DNA from: an uncultured Nitrososphaeraceae archaeon
Lineage (GTDB): Archaea; Thermoproteota; Nitrososphaeria; Nitrososphaerales; Nitrososphaeraceae
Direction: 5' to 3'
DNA: 64,000 bases
NCBI GenBank assembly: GCA_963765895.1
Contig: CAVXZB010000024.1
Span: forward strand, 201,943-265,942
Shown in pieces: positions 34,257-47,271 of this stretch. Numbering within the stretch: position 1 is the first letter of the stretch; every line of letters begins with the position of its first letter. Under the pieces are notes generated by a model that searched no databases, was not told the DNA's origin, and saw only the letters and a list, made by a program, of their open reading frames with translations. Both the position numbers and the translations under genes were made by a program.

Positions 34257-35140
34257 TTGGCAAAATTAGTTATAGTTACGGGGGCATCTAGTGGTATCGG
34301 TAAAAAGACCGTTATGAGGTTACTTGAATCTGGATATCAAGTTATTGGACTAGCTAGACGATTTGATAAACTAGCTGCTGAGCAGTTACAATCATCACAT
34401 AAGATACAGTCTAACGGGAGTTACAAGCACACCTATGTACCATTGGAATTTGATATCGCTAAACCAAAAGTTTTCACTGAGGTTATAGACAGAATTGTCT
34501 CTATAACCAATGGTAGTGAAATCTATGGTCTTGTAAATAATGCAGGCTACCTTGAGCCTGGAGCAATTGAAGATTTGACTATGACAAACTTGAGAGATCA
34601 ATTTGAAACAAATTTCTTTGGCCATGTAGATTTTACAAAAAAGTACTTGCATTGATGGTGGAACGAAACCAATCAGGCGGGAGAATTATAAATGTTAGCT
34701 CATTTGCAGGTCTCATCTCGCTTCCATTGATTGGAGCTTATGCAGCTTCAAAACATGCACTTGAAGCGGTGTTTGATGCCCTCAGAGTGGAGCTCTGGAA
34801 TACAGATATCAAAGTCATAACCATTAATCCTGGTGTCATCAGTACTGGTATATATGATACCTTGAAACATAAGACTGAGGACATACTAAATATTAAGAAT
34901 GTTAATAAAACAAGATTTGTTGTGGCATATAACAGATATCTGCTGAATAATAATTATTACACAGGACTGAATCCAATTTCTGTAGCGAACGTTATTCTAA
35001 AGGCTGTTAGTTCACTGAAACCACATCACAGATATTTCGTGGGCTCTAGAAAAGAGATATTGATGATAAGGCTCCTGCCGTACATACCTGAAAAGCTATT
35101 ATTCACCCTACTCGCTAACAGAATACACTCCCGAACCTGA
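34257..35140 (+). pseudogene. Short-chain dehydrogenase/reductase, frameshifted ~34645
   Basis: TGASSGIG, NNAG, NVSS, YAASK, INPG. Confidence 0.88.
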
Positions 35141-35266
35141 CAGATATGAAACATTCTTGATCGATTACAATCAAGATGCTACTAGGCTCGTGTGGTCAAA
35201 ATTTCATCCACACCTCTTATAAAGAAATATACACAGGCCAAAGTGGTATATAGCTAATGTTTAGGA

Positions 35267-35650
35267 GTGAGCTTTCCGACGAGCGATGCTAAGTCACTAG
35301 AGATTCAAGTGAAGGAGCATCCCAACTTCAGAACGATCAATGTGAATGGTGTCTTTGGTGGGGCTAGAGGGATGTATTTTGATATAGTGTTATTTTCTGA
35401 TGAGAGCAAGGTTAGCTCAGCCTTATCAACTATAGGAACAGCACCCGAAAAGACAACGATCAACCGTACATTAGAGTGCAGACTAATAATAGACCCATTA
35501 AATGCCAAGGCGATTTCGCAATGGCTTATGCTAAATATTGCTGAATACGAAAAACAATTCGGAAGGATTCCATCGCCTGAAGAATTACTAGACAAACACG
35601 AAAACGTGGATCTGGAACTCAATAAAAGCTCAAAAACAGTTTATCAGTAG
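35267..35650 (+). CDS. Hypothetical protein (DUF3467-like)
   Basis: FRTINVNGVFGG...AKAISQWL...YEKQFGRIP pattern. Confidence 0.55.
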   Translation: MSFPTSDAKSLEIQVKEHPNFRTINVNGVFGGARGMYFDIVLFSDESKVSSALSTIGTAPEKTTINRTLECRLIIDPLNAKAISQWLMLNIAEYEKQFGRIPSPEELLDKHENVDLELNKSSKTVYQ

Positions 35651-35985
35651 AGTCTGTGATGGGTTTCCACTTATTAGTCATAAAGTTATTAGTCTAGTTA
35701 GAATGTAAATATCATTGCTTCGAATTGCATTATGATAGAATTGATCAACCGATCTAATTGACTCCCGACTAGAATCTCCTCGATTTCAAATCGCATTTCA
35801 TTAAATATATTATCGATATACTGAGCTAAAGGATGTTATAATAACTATGATAGGAAACGTCATGATTTATTTTTTTATTTCTGTGTTCACCAGGATCTAG
35901 AAAGAATGTTCAGGCTGATTTGGGACTCTAGAAAAATTAGGTAGTCGATCATGACTAGTATCGCATATGAGACAAAGCATAGCTC

Positions 35986-37830
35986 TTATGGTAGTCCAAA
36001 TGCAGCTAAAGTTCCTTCTCTATTGGTCGAACCTTTGCGTTGACTATCATCAGTTTTTCCAGTGGGTACAAATAACATTCCATCTGCAATAGAGGGCCCG
36101 ACCTGGCCAATCGGGGCGTGTAAGTCATATTCCCATAGTTTATTCCCAGTTTCCTTATCTAAAGCTAAAATTATTCCGGATCTACTCGCCTTGACATGGT
36201 TTGAAGTCGTCTTAGTCCTTTCAGTGAACGGGATGTAACCGGCAATGACGATTTTGTTGGTAACTAGTGGTGATATCCTTGGTGGAAATTTTGTCTCATA
36301 TTGCCATTTGACTTTACCATTTAGCAAATTCATTGCAATTATTGTACCATTGCGTAGTCCGTCTTGTATAGTGTGAGGTGCAGTATTCTTATGTCCGGCA
36401 ATCCCATCTGTAAAATAATTCACTCCTCTATTTGTAGCCGAAATATATAGAGTATGGCTAGCATCATCTACAGCATGATAGTTTGATATTCCATAAAACC
36501 AAATCATGCCACTGCCATTCGTGAAGGGATCGATTCTGTATTGTAATGAGGCCCTATAGTCCTCCACCAGATTTCTTTACCTGTGGTTGCGTCCATTGCC
36601 ATTACATTTCCCATCTTATCATGTCCTACAACTAATTTCTTCTGAGTTCCATTATCAAAGGTAACTTTGCTAATACTGCTTCCCCATGAGGTGATCCCAA
36701 TCATGCGTATCTGGGATTGTTACATTCAGAACTGTTCCATGTGCAATAAATGGAGTAGCCCATATTATTTTGCCATTAGTAATATTTACGGCAATCATGT
36801 GGTTTGAATAAAGGTTCGGTGATTGCCGACTAGTCGCATTAAAGTTTGGCGATGCACTTCCTATGGGCATGTAAATGGTTCCCGTTTCAGGATCGACCGA
36901 TCCTCCGGACCAATCGTTTGCTCCAGCATTATATGCCGGAGCAGAACGTGAATTTACCCAATCACCCACTGTAGTCTGCAGGACCCAGATCACATTACCA
37001 TTAGTACGGTTTAATGCTGTGATATTTCCTCTAACAGTTACAACGCCACTGGATGTATCATCATGACCGGCTGATCCAACGATCACATAGTTTCTCCAAA
37101 CAATTGGAAATGTAGGAATATTATATCCTGCCTTAGAATCGCCCAAAACTTGCGATTTCCAGACAACCTTGCCAGTTGTGGCATTAATTGCTATAACATT
37201 GGCATTATATGCAGTACTCTGCATAAGATTATTCCGTCATTAAAAGCCAAACCCATTGTTGGACCATTACCTCCATGATGTTTCCAGATTACATCTCCAG
37301 TATGAGTATCAAATGCTATCACAGCGCCGGCGTAATCCTGTACATATCCTTTATTGCCAATAACTATTGGAGGGTCTTGTACCTCAGCATCATTAATTAA
37401 TCTCCATTTAAGCTGCAACATTGCTACATTGCTTCTATTAATTATCGTTTGAGGACTATTTCTGGTATCGTAGACATCATGGTTAACAGTTATCCAGTTA
37501 TTGGCATTACTAGGTTCTGTTCCTAGTTCTGAGTAGGGTTGGTCAGGTGACATGCTAGAATTATGATGTAGTTTATACATACTAATGTGAGGAAATACAT
37601 TCTCTGTAACTTGCTTGTCGATCCACTATGTCGATAGATTTCAGTTCACCTGAATGTCCTGGCCGAATTTGATTCGACTCAATAGACAAAATAACAGAAT
37701 CCCTATTTTTGTCCTTCAACTGACTGTTTGTTCCTGGAATAGGACGCATGACTAAGAAAGTCACAATTAATATTAAAATTATAAACGCAAAATCATCTTT
37801 TAAAACGAATTTGTGCAGATTGGATACCAA
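35986..37830 (-). pseudogene. PQQ-binding-like beta-propeller protein, multiply frameshifted
   Basis: NNWITVNHD...INRSNVAMLQLKW, repeated A.DA.TG...W blades, WSGGSVDPETG, HDWD; five partial ORFs. Confidence 0.82.
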
Positions 37831-38425
37831 TTATGTGTTCAAACACGTCGATAATAATAAACTATTTCGTATTTTCGGCAACCACACTTATCGATGTGTA
37901 ATATTTAATGGATATTAGCGATACCTGCTCCACGTCAGAGAATAGTTTGCATCAGCATAACTATTTTTTCTTAAAAATTAGAGTATAACATGTTAGTAGT
38001 ATATTTTCTTAAATAACATTAAGAGATCTGAATCCTATAGTTAATTATTTGAACGGGCTTACTGTTAAAAACCGTTAAAGGTATGCTATTTAAGGTTCAA
38101 ATCGAGCCTTTCTTGTACCATGTGAATACAAAAGAGGCTAATGGACGATTAACATCTCAGCAAGCTGCAGATTTAAGATAACGTTAGAACAAAAACATTA
38201 CTATGCCTAGTCAGGCAGCCAACTAACCTTTTGCCCTTAGCAGCAATCTTTTATCTCGTAGGCGAATAAATGTCAAGATTGATCTAAAACACCATTCATT
38301 ACATCTACTAAATATGTATCTACACACATATTTTTATCGAAATAGGAACAAGGCTACTTCTACATGGGTACCAGGCAATTGAACGCATGACTATGTACCT
38401 CACTCAGTTGCAGTCATCTCTTTCA

Positions 38426-39388
38426 TCATCCTAAAGAATTATCAGGCAATATTTCTATTTCCGACATCAAGTCCCAGATTGAATTTTGCCTATTCTCTGG
38501 CTTCAATTCAATCATCTTAAGTATACATTTATCTAGTTGTGGAGAAATCGTTGGATTATATTTTGAGGGTGGGTCTATCTGTGGTCTCTGCATGTCAATA
38601 TTATCACGATCATAAGTAGGTGGACGTCTCCCAGTCATCAGTTCATAAAATATAACACCTATAGAGAAAATATCAGTTCTTGCATCGATAGATGCATCTT
38701 TATGGACCGTTGCAAACCACTGTTCTGGAGAACAATAGTTTGGAGTTCCACCGATGTTTCCTTCAGCTACTACAGCAGTTAATTCTAGCGATTCTTTATC
38801 TATAATGGTAAGATTATCGTAGTCTACATTGTTGCCACAATGATTGCTATTATTAGTATTAGTATTATAATCCTGTCCTTTAACAAGTCCCCAATCTGCA
38901 ATTTTTATTTCTGACCTTGTAGCATTTGTAAATAATATATTCTCTGGTTTTAAATCTCTATGGAAGACATTGGAGCTATGAGCCTGTGATAAAGCATTAC
39001 AAATCGGCAAAATTATTGTCCTAAAAGTCCATCTCTTATCAAATAAATTTAGATCTGTATAACCACTTACATTAATACTACTTCTGATGGTAGAGAATTT
39101 TTCATCTATATATTTCCTAAGAGATCCACCACTTAGAAACTCCATTATATAGTAAGGACTAAAACTAGGAGGCTCACCTGCCATATTCCATTCAAAGATT
39201 TTTACAATATTCGGATGATTTAATTCAGAAAGTATCTGTACTTCTCTCTCAAAACGTTGTTTACTTATTGAATTTATATTCGAAAGTTCCTTTAATGCAT
39301 AGGTCTTATTTCCATTGTCTCTACCCTCTATTTCATATATAGTTCCAAACGCACCAGAACTAATTTTTCGTTTTACATTATATTCCAA
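38426..39388 (-). CDS. Hanks-type Ser/Thr protein kinase
   Basis: SGAFG, ALK, HPNIV, HRDLKPENI, DWG, GTPNYCSPEQ, DIFSIG. Confidence 0.93.
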   Translation of the reverse strand: MEYNVKRKISSGAFGTIYEIEGRDNGNKTYALKELSNINSISKQRFEREVQILSELNHPNIVKIFEWNMAGEPPSFSPYYIMEFLSGGSLRKYIDEKFSTIRSSINVSGYTDLNLFDKRWTFRTIILPICNALSQAHSSNVFHRDLKPENILFTNATRSEIKIADWGLVKGQDYNTNTNNSNHCGNNVDYDNLTIIDKESLELTAVVAEGNIGGTPNYCSPEQWFATVHKDASIDARTDIFSIGVIFYELMTGRRPPTYDRDNIDMQRPQIDPPSKYNPTISPQLDKCILKMIELKPENRQNSIWDLMSEIEILPDNSLG

Positions 39389-39783
39389 TAGAATTTAACT
39401 CTGTTCCTGATATTCATATGGATAACATTGGTAATATAGTAACATCAATTATAGCAGGCAGCAGATCTCATTTATTATATATAATAGCTACATCATTTCT
39501 TAAAGATGACAATAATAATGACAGCTTAGAACAGACCATCGAATCTTATTAAAACTTATAATTTCAGATATTAAATCATAATTTTATTGCGTATTTCATC
39601 GTAAGAACAGAAAAATCTTTATCATTATGCTTATTTTAATTTTCTGCATTAATAATTGATGCCGTAACCTCCAGCATTTATGACTTGGTTGATAAAGAGA
39701 TAGCTTCCAATTGGGGAACAGTATTCTTCATATCTGTTTCTGCCACTATACTTATTGTTGGATTAATTCTTCTTTTGGGAATC

Positions 39784-40170
39784 ATGAAACAGCAAGCGCG
39801 CAATCTCACTCATCTTGTGACTCTGAACAAGGATGGAAGTCCTCAGGTCTCTATTTTCTGGGTTGGCATTGATGGCGATGAAATTGCCTGTGCTCATCTG
39901 AATCTCTACCAAAAATTGAAGAATATTCAGCGCGACTCCCAGGTCGCACTCTCTATAGCGACTGGTGGGAAGACTAATGGGCTGGATAATTACCTTGTGA
40001 TCAATGGTCGTGCCAGAATTACTGAGGGCGGTGCCCCCGAATTGGTAAACCAACTGGCCCAGATTTATATTGGCCCAGGTACAAAGTTCGCTCCTGATGG
40101 AGCGCCACAGGGATATATTACCCATATTACTGCTGAAAGTATTCATGGCATTGGACCATGGAGTGAATGA
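39784..40170 (+). CDS. PPOX-class F420-dependent oxidoreductase (N-terminus apparently truncated/chimeric)
   Basis: HLVTLNKDGSPQVS.FW, KLKNIQRDSQVALS, YLVINGRA. Confidence 0.8.
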   Translation: MKQQARNLTHLVTLNKDGSPQVSIFWVGIDGDEIACAHLNLYQKLKNIQRDSQVALSIATGGKTNGLDNYLVINGRARITEGGAPELVNQLAQIYIGPGTKFAPDGAPQGYITHITAESIHGIGPWSE

Positions 40171-40699
40171 GCTACGAATACGTTTTGCTGTTTAGGATTT
40201 TCGTCATATGACAGAACTCTAGCCGTTATTCCAGATATGATAAACTCGTTTTGCAACTATTCAGTAAGATCGTTTTAGGCTAAAAATCTTGTCCTCAGAA
40301 GCAAAGTAAAGATTTAGGGTACTGTTAGAGTGGATCTTCTCTAAATCTGGAACCAATTAGTTAAGACTAATGCGATACCTAACTCGAGATCATCATGTCA
40401 ATATGAATACACCGATATCATCCTATTTCAGCCACCCCAATCTTTTAATAAAGTCCTTGGTCTTGTCATCATATCCTAGATCCGGTACTCTAATTATTTT
40501 AAACCCATTATCATACATATACTTCATTTCCTCTGCAAACAGAGCTAAATCAGTACTACCTGATGCTGTGTTACCTATGATATGGTACGATGACAAGGGA
40601 CTTTGAACAACATAGCTAAGTTACATGGCATGAGGCTGAAGTATGACTTTACTAATGATTAATTTAATATTACCAGTTATATAGATATATACTTCACCG

Positions 40700-40851
40700 C
40701 TGATTAGTCTCTTCACGGTTAGCCTGTAGATCCTGTCATATTTCTGCTTCATTGCTTGCATTTCGCTATCCTTCTCGGACATCTTAGCCTCAATACCTGC
40801 CTCTAGTGCAGTACAATCTAGAAATCTAAGATACTCCTTGCATTTTGACAT
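40700..40851 (-). pseudogene. Probable integrase C-terminal coiled-coil remnant
   Basis: IEAKMSEKDSEMQAMKQKYD resembles the tails of the two integrases here. Confidence 0.35.
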
Positions 40852-40934
40852 CGACTTCCTCAGACTCTAGCATAATTATATGCTTCAAAAATATGAGAAT
40901 CAACATTTTTATAAACTAATTTAAAATAGGAAAG

Positions 40935-41375
40935 TTGATGTCAGTTCAGATTCAAGAGCAAAAACAGAAACAGCAAGTAAGACTTTCACAAATACTGAAA
41001 AATGCTACGGAAGAACAATGTTTTGGACATTTTATGAAAATTTCTGAAATTTCAGGCCTAAACGCCAAGGATTATCAAACCAAATTAAGAGCAAAATCTG
41101 TCAAGGTATGCGTTAACGGCTTGCTAATGTCAAAGTCTGGAATTGAAGATGAATCTTCGACGCCCTTATCTATATATGAATATGTAGCTGATGATGAAGA
41201 TATTTTGCGGGCTTACAGAACTTTAGGAATTGATCCATATTATAGAATTAAATGCAATAAATGTAGCCTGCTTGGTGATGGGTATCATATTTATCGCGTA
41301 CTTGAACATATGAATGATTATCATCGGGCTTCATTTAAAGAAATAGGATCATATCTTGAAATATTGGGACTTTAA
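40935..41375 (+). CDS. Hypothetical protein with C-terminal CxxC...H.ND.H Zn-finger-like motif
   Basis: CNKC...LEHMNDYHRASFKEIG. Confidence 0.6.
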   Translation: MMSVQIQEQKQKQQVRLSQILKNATEEQCFGHFMKISEISGLNAKDYQTKLRAKSVKVCVNGLLMSKSGIEDESSTPLSIYEYVADDEDILRAYRTLGIDPYYRIKCNKCSLLGDGYHIYRVLEHMNDYHRASFKEIGSYLEILGL

Positions 41376-41472
41376 ATAAGTAGTAATCAGCTAATGTGAT
41401 AGGCGCGCGCCTACTATAGTAATATTTCTCTAGACCTAATTCTTTAAATTTCATATTGTTTTTTTTAGATGT

Positions 41473-42524
41473 ATGAATGCGGCTGTATATCGTGAACATA
41501 ATAAGGATCCAAGAAAAGTTGTAAATATAGAAGATATAGAAATTCCATCTATCAAGTATAATCAAGTTCTTATAAAAGTCGAAGCAGCCTCATATAATTA
41601 CAATGATCTTTGGGGAATTTGGGGAGAACCAATCAAGATTCCTCTCCCCCACATTTCTGGAAGTGATGTATCGGGAACTGTAGTAGACATTGGAGAAAAT
41701 GTTTTAGATATAAAAAAAGGAGATAGAATAGTAGGATATCCTAATCTAACATGTAGAATATGTAATGCATGTACTTCGGGCAAAGAATATGACTGTCGTC
41801 AAAGACAAGTATGGGGTTTTCAAACTGGCCCATTATGGGGGGGATTTGCCCAATATACATATTTACCAGAGGTCAATGTCATTAAAATTCCAGATAATCT
41901 CTCTTTTCAAGATGCAGCGGCCATTTCTATGGTAGGCATGACTTCTTGGCACATGTTAGTTACTAGAGCTAATATTCAGCCAGGACAAACTGTCTTGATT
42001 ATGGGAGGCGGAAGTGGTATGGGAATAGCAGGTATTCAATAATTGCAAAGTTATTCAATTGTGATGTTATCGCAACTGCTGGTACACAAGAAAAAATGGA
42101 TAAATGTCTCAAATTAGGTGCTGATCATGTCGTAAACCATAGAGAGCCAAATTGGTACAAGAAAGTTAGAAATTTAACAAACAATCAAGGTGTGGACATT
42201 ATTTTTGAACATATAGGAAAATCTGTCTTTGCAGAAGAAGTTAGTCTTTTGAATATTGGCGGTACTTTAGTATCTACTGGAGCAACAACAGGATATGATT
42301 CAAAATTAGATTTGAGATACCTCTTCTTTCGAGGACTTAATCTTATCGGAGCTACTCAAGGAACACGTGCAGGATTAGAAAAGGTAATTAAGTGGACAAG
42401 TAAAGGAAAAATAAAAGCAATAATAGATACAGTTTATCCTTTCGAAGATATGGTAATGGGTCATATAAAAATGATGGAATCACAATTGTTCGGAAAACTG
42501 ATTACCACTCCACAAAAGTTATGA
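41473..42524 (+). pseudogene. Zinc-binding alcohol dehydrogenase (MDR) family, frameshifted ~42040
   Basis: LPHISGSD, CRICNACTSGKEYDC, GGGSGMG, FEHIG, GATTG, FGKL. Confidence 0.88.
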
Positions 42525-42889
42525 TTCAATGGGTTTGAATTTTCTCATTAAATAATGACTTGTAGTTAGGTAAGACTTGTATTGAACGAAAAGACAAAGA
42601 TGTCTAACGTCTACCCAAAAGGGTAAGATAATCATTTTCGGTCAGCCATCTTATTTTGGGTATCCTAGGTGCAATCAGATGGCCCAGCAGCGGCGCGCCT
42701 ACATGTAAAAGGGATCTGGCCGTCTTCTATTAGACTAGATAAGTGCTAGTCATAAACAAATAGTGATCACTTTCACGAATCATCACCTAGTATATTCCAG
42801 CGAGTATACAATCCCCTCGGGCTCTACCATTGTGGCTATGTTGTTAAAAAGAATGTAAACGACTTTAGTTGATAATGAAAGCGTCCTAA

Positions 42890-43174
42890 AATGAACAAGA
42901 AGAAGAAAATGGCAAAGTTGATATCTTAGCCAATGAAATCAAATCGTGGAAAGACTTTAGATGTGCTCTAAGGGAAGAAAGTGCACTTCTCTTTAATGAG
43001 ATGCTTTCAGAATGCGGACATAATGAAGACTATATTAGAGTTGTTAACTCCAAAGATGAATACTATTCAACTGAATCATTATTTATAGTCTTAATATTGC
43101 AGCAGCAAAAGATGATAAATGAATTGATCTTCAAAGTATCTGAATGTGAAAAGTTGCAAATGCAATCACAATGA
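42890..43174 (+). pseudogene. Small helical protein resembling the PolB2-operon-associated arCOG07300 type; start lost
   Basis: ANEIKSWKDFRCALREESALLFNEMLSEC...LILQQQKMINEL. Confidence 0.45.
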
Positions 43175-43477
43175 CTTATGCTAGTTCAAATCTTCTTCAG
43201 CGTTAACTAAACGGTAAGTTAAAGACTTAGTTTTCTATCTTCGGTTTATCCCATTCAGCAAGCATTTGTTACTCCTATGGAGACTACGAATTAAATTGAA
43301 ACATCAATTGCACATCAGGGATTGATTGCCTCAAGTCCATCACCTCAGATTGTACCCATTGATTAAAGCATTCTGCAATATCATTTGAAAATTATTCTGT
43401 GAATAAAAAGAATGGTATCAGAGGCAGATATTTAATCTGTCTGATCCTTATTCATTATAGTTTAGCCTTGCCTGGTT

Positions 43478-43696
43478 TTACTTAGTTGAGTTACCTGAAG
43501 TTGAATTTCCTGGAGGTGCTGGGCTTGCTGAGCTAGCACCACCACCTGGTGGAGGGCTATTCATGGGTGTTCCACCGTAGCCTTGCGCGTGTGCGGACTG
43601 AGTCAACAATGTATTTCCAGCCATGGTCGCCGATATTCCAACTGTCAATGATGATACGATCATTGCAAAGAAGATTACCTTTGTTTTTGTTATCAT
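43478..43696 (-). CDS. Small secreted G/P/S-rich peptide
   Basis: Signal peptide ending AHA; TATA-like tttataaa upstream. Confidence 0.6.
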   Translation of the reverse strand: MITKTKVIFFAMIVSSLTVGISATMAGNTLLTQSAHAQGYGGTPMNSPPPGGGASSASPAPPGNSTSGNSTK

Positions 43697-44129
43697 TTTA
43701 GATTAAATAGGAAACATTTTTTATAAACACTTGTTATAAAGGATTTTTGAAAACCCGAGTTAATTATAGGAATATAGGTTATCTCTAACTTTATTATGTA
43801 TAAAATACAATATATGCCTGTAATACTGTAAAACTCCTCTAATTTAGTTTGCTAGATAACTTAGAAAATTTATATAAATCAGGTCAGTACTACAAATCCT
43901 GATGTTCTTGAAGTTGGCCGACGAGATTTTTCTAAGATGTCTAGTCTAAAAAATGCATCTGGATATTAACCAACTACATGGTATCCATTCCTGATAAAAA
44001 AGGAAAGAAAAGGATTGCTAATGATAGACGTAAGGAACTGGCCGCCTTAAGTCTGAAATTCAGACATGAGGGAATAGAGAATTTATAGATATAGAACAAC
44101 TGCGACTTGATTACTTGATCATTGACTTG

Positions 44130-44800
44130 ACGTTACAATTTTGAGTAGATACGTTTTCTGTCTTTAGTTTTTCTAAGCTTCTCGGCAGATAGTCATCTCT
44201 CTTTACCGTATTAATATTATGTCTGATTATGTAATTTGGATTAAAGTCTAACCGCCTTAATTGGCTACATCTATCAAGCCAATCCTTTATTATTTTAGAA
44301 GCCTCATCAGTAGAACATTTTCTAATATTGATAAGGTAAGGAGCCAGGATGCATCACACTGCAAATTTGTTGTAGTCACTTAGTGGAGCTAGTAGTAGCT
44401 TTTCAATCCACCAGATTGTATTTGAATGTGCGGTCTTTGTGCGCGCCTTCCTGCTGCATAAATTTACTGGCAAGATCTTTTCCATTTTGGTCAATAAATT
44501 TCGCAAATACGTCTTCCTCTTCTAGGATAAATCCTTCCATCGGTTGGTAAATATGATAGTTGTTGCCAGTCCACAATACAGGAGGATGGCTGTGTATACT
44601 AGTTTCAATTTTCTTTAGGACTCTTTTCAACACTCCATCTAACTTATTTTTCGAAGCAAAATCCTTTAGATCTATATCGCTTATTAGAAAACTTGGTGGC
44701 GCTCTATTAATGTCATCATATTTAGTAAATGAAGGATAGGCATTGATTCTACAACAATAGAGGATCAACAATAGGTACAGCAATAAATGCTTTGACGATT
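44130..44800 (-). pseudogene. AEP primase-PriX fusion remnant with internal deletion
   Basis: RINAYP, DIDL, WTGNNYHIYQP; then WIEKLL..ILAPYLINIRK..IIKDWLDRC (PriX-like); middle part absent. Confidence 0.7.
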
Positions 44801-44953
44801 TCAGAGGTCGACTCAGTGTAGCGGGAAAATAAAGCAGGCGTTCATTCGCATAGCAAATGCGATACTAACGACTCTACCAATTCCGGATTAAGTAGTTTTC
44901 TAATCTAATTTGAGGAAATCGCAAATTCTCTGTGATATACACGATATTTTTTA

Positions 44954-45574
44954 TTAAACCTTCATCATAGTTGCAAACAATGCTTTAGGCCAAGGCACTA
45001 AATTTCCCTGAAAAACGGTCTCATTTATGCCTTCAATTTGGAATGATTCTCGCTCAAACATATCCATTATCTCATTTTCTGAGAATTTGTATGGCCCATC
45101 ATTCCTTAATTCTTTGTCACTGAAAACTTTTAAAAATAGTAAGCCATGATACTTTAACTTTTTATTTACTTGGATGATATAGGTTAGCCTTTTATTAATC
45201 GGAAGGAAATGAAAACATCCGCGGTCAAAGATATAGTTAAATTCGTTATCATTTATCTTAGAATTTAAGATATCATCTACTATAAAATCGATGTGTTTTA
45301 TCTTATCATTTTTGTTTTCACCCATTATTTTTCTTGCTGCGATAATAGCGGCCTCAGATATGTCAGAACCTACGACTCTAAAGCCCATATTGGCAAGTTG
45401 AAAAGCCTGAGTGGCCGGTCCAGTGCCTAAATCCAGAAACATCCCTTCTTTTATATGCCTGCTCTCTAATTCTCTCCTTAAATCTTCATCCAAGATTTTA
45501 CTATACCAGGGCATGGTCTCAACTTTTTGGTTTTTATACAGGTTGTCCCAATCTGGAAATTTCTTTTCTATCAT
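44954..45574 (-). CDS. Class I SAM-dependent methyltransferase
   Basis: LDLGTGPA, GSDIS, FDRGCFH. Confidence 0.88.
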   Translation of the reverse strand: MIEKKFPDWDNLYKNQKVETMPWYSKILDEDLRRELESRHIKEGMFLDLGTGPATQAFQLANMGFRVVGSDISEAAIIAARKIMGENKNDKIKHIDFIVDDILNSKINDNEFNYIFDRGCFHFLPINKRLTYIIQVNKKLKYHGLLFLKVFSDKELRNDGPYKFSENEIMDMFERESFQIEGINETVFQGNLVPWPKALFATMMKV

Positions 45575-45923
45575 GAATAAACAAATTAGATATATCGGAC
45601 TAAATTAGGATTCTGACCCATAAGTGTGATAATCAGGGGCTGATTCGTCTAGTTGGGAAAAAATTGCTTTCAATGATATAAACTCTCTCTTTGCAACACC
45701 ATCATCGGACGTGTAATATCCTATGGAAAGCTCCCGGCTTCAACAGGACTATTCACGATCCAATTAGTGCGTGACGGTAATGATGCTTGTGACATTTCTT
45801 TGAGGAATTGCTTTGCACCTTTGTAGCGCCATAATCATACCTGCCATCCGACCCATGGAATAGGCAAAAAAGTAGAATATTCTTTAACCGAGGATGCAAC
45901 AAAACAAATACGACTGAACCTTC

Positions 45924-46991
45924 TTGGGGTACCAATGGGACAAAATTATCCTTTTTAGAAAAATCTATCAAACGATGCTATTTAATGATATATCTGAAAG
46001 CTTACCAGTTAGAGTCGAGTCAGAAGAACAGTTTAACCAGATGATTTTATCAGAATTACGAGTTAACAGTAATGATCTGCAATGGGCACGAAAAGCAACC
46101 GGAGATAATGTTGACAGTGTAGACCTAATATACGAAACTCCACGTAGGAAAGATCGTCGAATGATTACTAACAAATATTGGGCAGAGAGAAAAGGTCAAA
46201 CAATTGTCTTGGAAGATATAGAATTCATATGTTATCCGTAGCTTCCAAAGGCAATTTAGATGTTATTCTTAAGAGAATTGAATATTGGCAAATTAACAAA
46301 CATTCGGATAATGTAAAATACAATGAAGAGTACTTATGTGAATTACATGGATTCTCGCAAGAGGAGGTGACTCGAAAGTGGGAGATTCAAATATGACGAT
46401 GTGATTCTTGCCTTTAATGCCCTCCGAGAACTAGGTTTGATTAAGCCAGCTATTGAATTCCAAGGTAAGATTAGGTTCATAATATCAGATAAGAAATCAC
46501 ATGAATTACTGATAGATATGCGGACTATTCATGGAGCAGAGATTTCCTATCTAGTGGAGAAATGGAAATACTTCGATGCGCCAACTCCTGAAGAAAAAAA
46601 TAGAATAGCTAGTCTTTTCGGCGAACATGAAGCTATCAGGTTCTTCAGACAATTACATCTTGCAAGATCTCAACATAATATGGACCTAAAAAAAATTAAA
46701 ACTGCAGATGAATACAATGAATATATTAAAAAGGAGTGCACAGATTTTTTGTGGGCTCTAGATATTGATACAGAACTGGAGAATTATAAAGAAAAGGAAA
46801 GAGGAAACAGAGAACTAGTAACAGATAAGGAACGAAAAGATGATGTATACAAGTTCGTCAAATTTAGGAAAGAAAAATTGTACAACCATTTGAAATACTT
46901 ACCTGCTAATTATGAATATGAAGGTATAGATGACTTAAAGATGACTATAGCGATACTCTTAGAAAATATCTTTTTTTTCAACCTGTTTTAA
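45924..46991 (+). pseudogene. Hypothetical protein, fragmented, convergent with the second integrase
   Basis: Three consecutive co-oriented partial ORFs. Confidence 0.45.
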
Positions 46992-47271
46992 AAGAGATTT
47001 GTCCTAAAGCATTAGAGGCAATCGATGAATCAGAATCTGAAGTGGAAGAGCAAAATATATCTCCGATTGAGAAGAAGAGGAAATCTTCGACTGTTACTCG
47101 TAAAAAAATTGCTAGAGGCACAGATAATAAGCATTCTCCTTCTAAAAGTAAGAAGATAGTGAAAATACCATATGAATTGATGAAAGTCCATAATCCTCGA
47201 AATAATACAGTTGAAGAAGTTGTGGTTTCAGATTTCACAGATATATAGATTATATTCACTAGGGAACAAGA

